This document shows positions 63,562 through 64,000 of a DNA stretch of 64,000 bases, piece after piece (position 1 is the first letter of the stretch; each line of letters begins with the position of its first letter). The stretch is from an uncultured bacterium. GTDB taxonomy: Bacteria; Desulfobacterota; DSM-4660; Desulfatiglandales; JALVMZ01. The stretch spans positions 13,974 to 77,973 of the forward strand of contig CBFDUE010000002.1 in assembly GCA_965613025.1 (NCBI GenBank), read 5' to 3'. Under the pieces are notes generated by a model. The model made no database searches. It was not told where the DNA came from and was given only the letters and a program-made list of their open reading frames with translations. Position numbers and translations under genes: made by a program.

Positions 63562-64000
63562 ATGTCTAAGATGCTTTGGAGACCATCGGAAGAGAGGATA
63601 AAGAGTTCCAATATGTATAGATTTATGCAGTATGTAAATGAAAGATATAATAAAGACTTTAAGGACTACAATTCCCTATATGAATGGTCAGTGGAAAATA
63701 TACCTCAATTTTGGGAAGCGGTCTGGGATTTTGTTGGAATTGTCTCCTCTTCTCCATATAAAGAGGTAGTGGATGATCCAAGTAAGATGCCAGGGGCAAA
63801 ATGGTTTATCGGGGCAAAGCTAAATTTTGCTGAAAACCTTTTAAGATATAGGGATGATCAGATAGCCCTCATATTTAAAGGTGAAGGTCTCCCATCTAAG
63901 AAGATGACATATAGAGAGTTATATCAGGAGGTGGCAAGGCTTTCAAAATCTTTGAAAGATCTGGGTGTAAAGCCTGGCGATAGGGTTGTGGGCTTTATGC
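63562..64000 (+). CDS. Acetoacetyl-CoA synthetase (acetoacetate-CoA ligase), 5' part
   Basis: SD AAGGAGG is present. MSKMLWRPSEERIKSSNMYRFMQYVN...YEWSVENIPQFWEAVWDF is the characteristic AACS N-terminus. The ORF runs off the window end. Confidence 0.85.
   Translation, partial: MSKMLWRPSEERIKSSNMYRFMQYVNERYNKDFKDYNSLYEWSVENIPQFWEAVWDFVGIVSSSPYKEVVDDPSKMPGAKWFIGAKLNFAENLLRYRDDQIALIFKGEGLPSKKMTYRELYQEVARLSKSLKDLGVKPGDRVVGFM

Overview
This is a 64 kb chromosomal window from an AT-rich anaerobe. Spot counts on single 60-nt lines give about 37% GC background. Proteins are K/E/I-rich, which suggests a thermophile, possibly a Thermodesulfobacteriota- or Nitrospirota-like lineage, but I cannot establish the taxon. 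The window is densely coding and I saw no rRNA, tRNA or CRISPR array.

Gene content from start to end:
- ppdK (5' part), a small FmdB zinc-ribbon operon and plsB.
- A DUF151 nuclease / PHP / transglutaminase / ABC exporter / PHP cluster.
- A five-gene selenium operon, yedE-yedF-DUF3343-(YjeF_C-like kinase fused to DUF1858)-selD. selD carries an in-frame UGA (Sec) codon that the ORF track truncated.
- A GC-richer buk-ptb-ptb-iclR block and a KamA-family radical SAM gene.
- A TauE/DUF1634/CBS/histidine kinase/NtrC-type operon, converging on an unusual Lon protease with a receiver domain inserted in front of its AAA+ module.
- A sigma-54-type promoter driving two ORFs that share a FAEAG module.
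- An SLC13 transporter, a DUF433/DUF5615 toxin-antitoxin pair and abfD.
- An MSHA-type type IV pilus cluster, livGF/livKHM and folD.
- rpsF-rpsR-rplI-dnaB-hflX, apbE-rnfBAEGDC, and the start of acetoacetyl-CoA synthetase.

Most notable non-genic signal: a roughly 120 bp intergenic element is present four times in both orientations. It has 10 bp terminal inverted repeats, and perfect 6 bp flanking direct duplications at three copies, so it is MITE-like.

All coordinates and motif calls were made by eye from the sequence and the ORF track. No database search was run.
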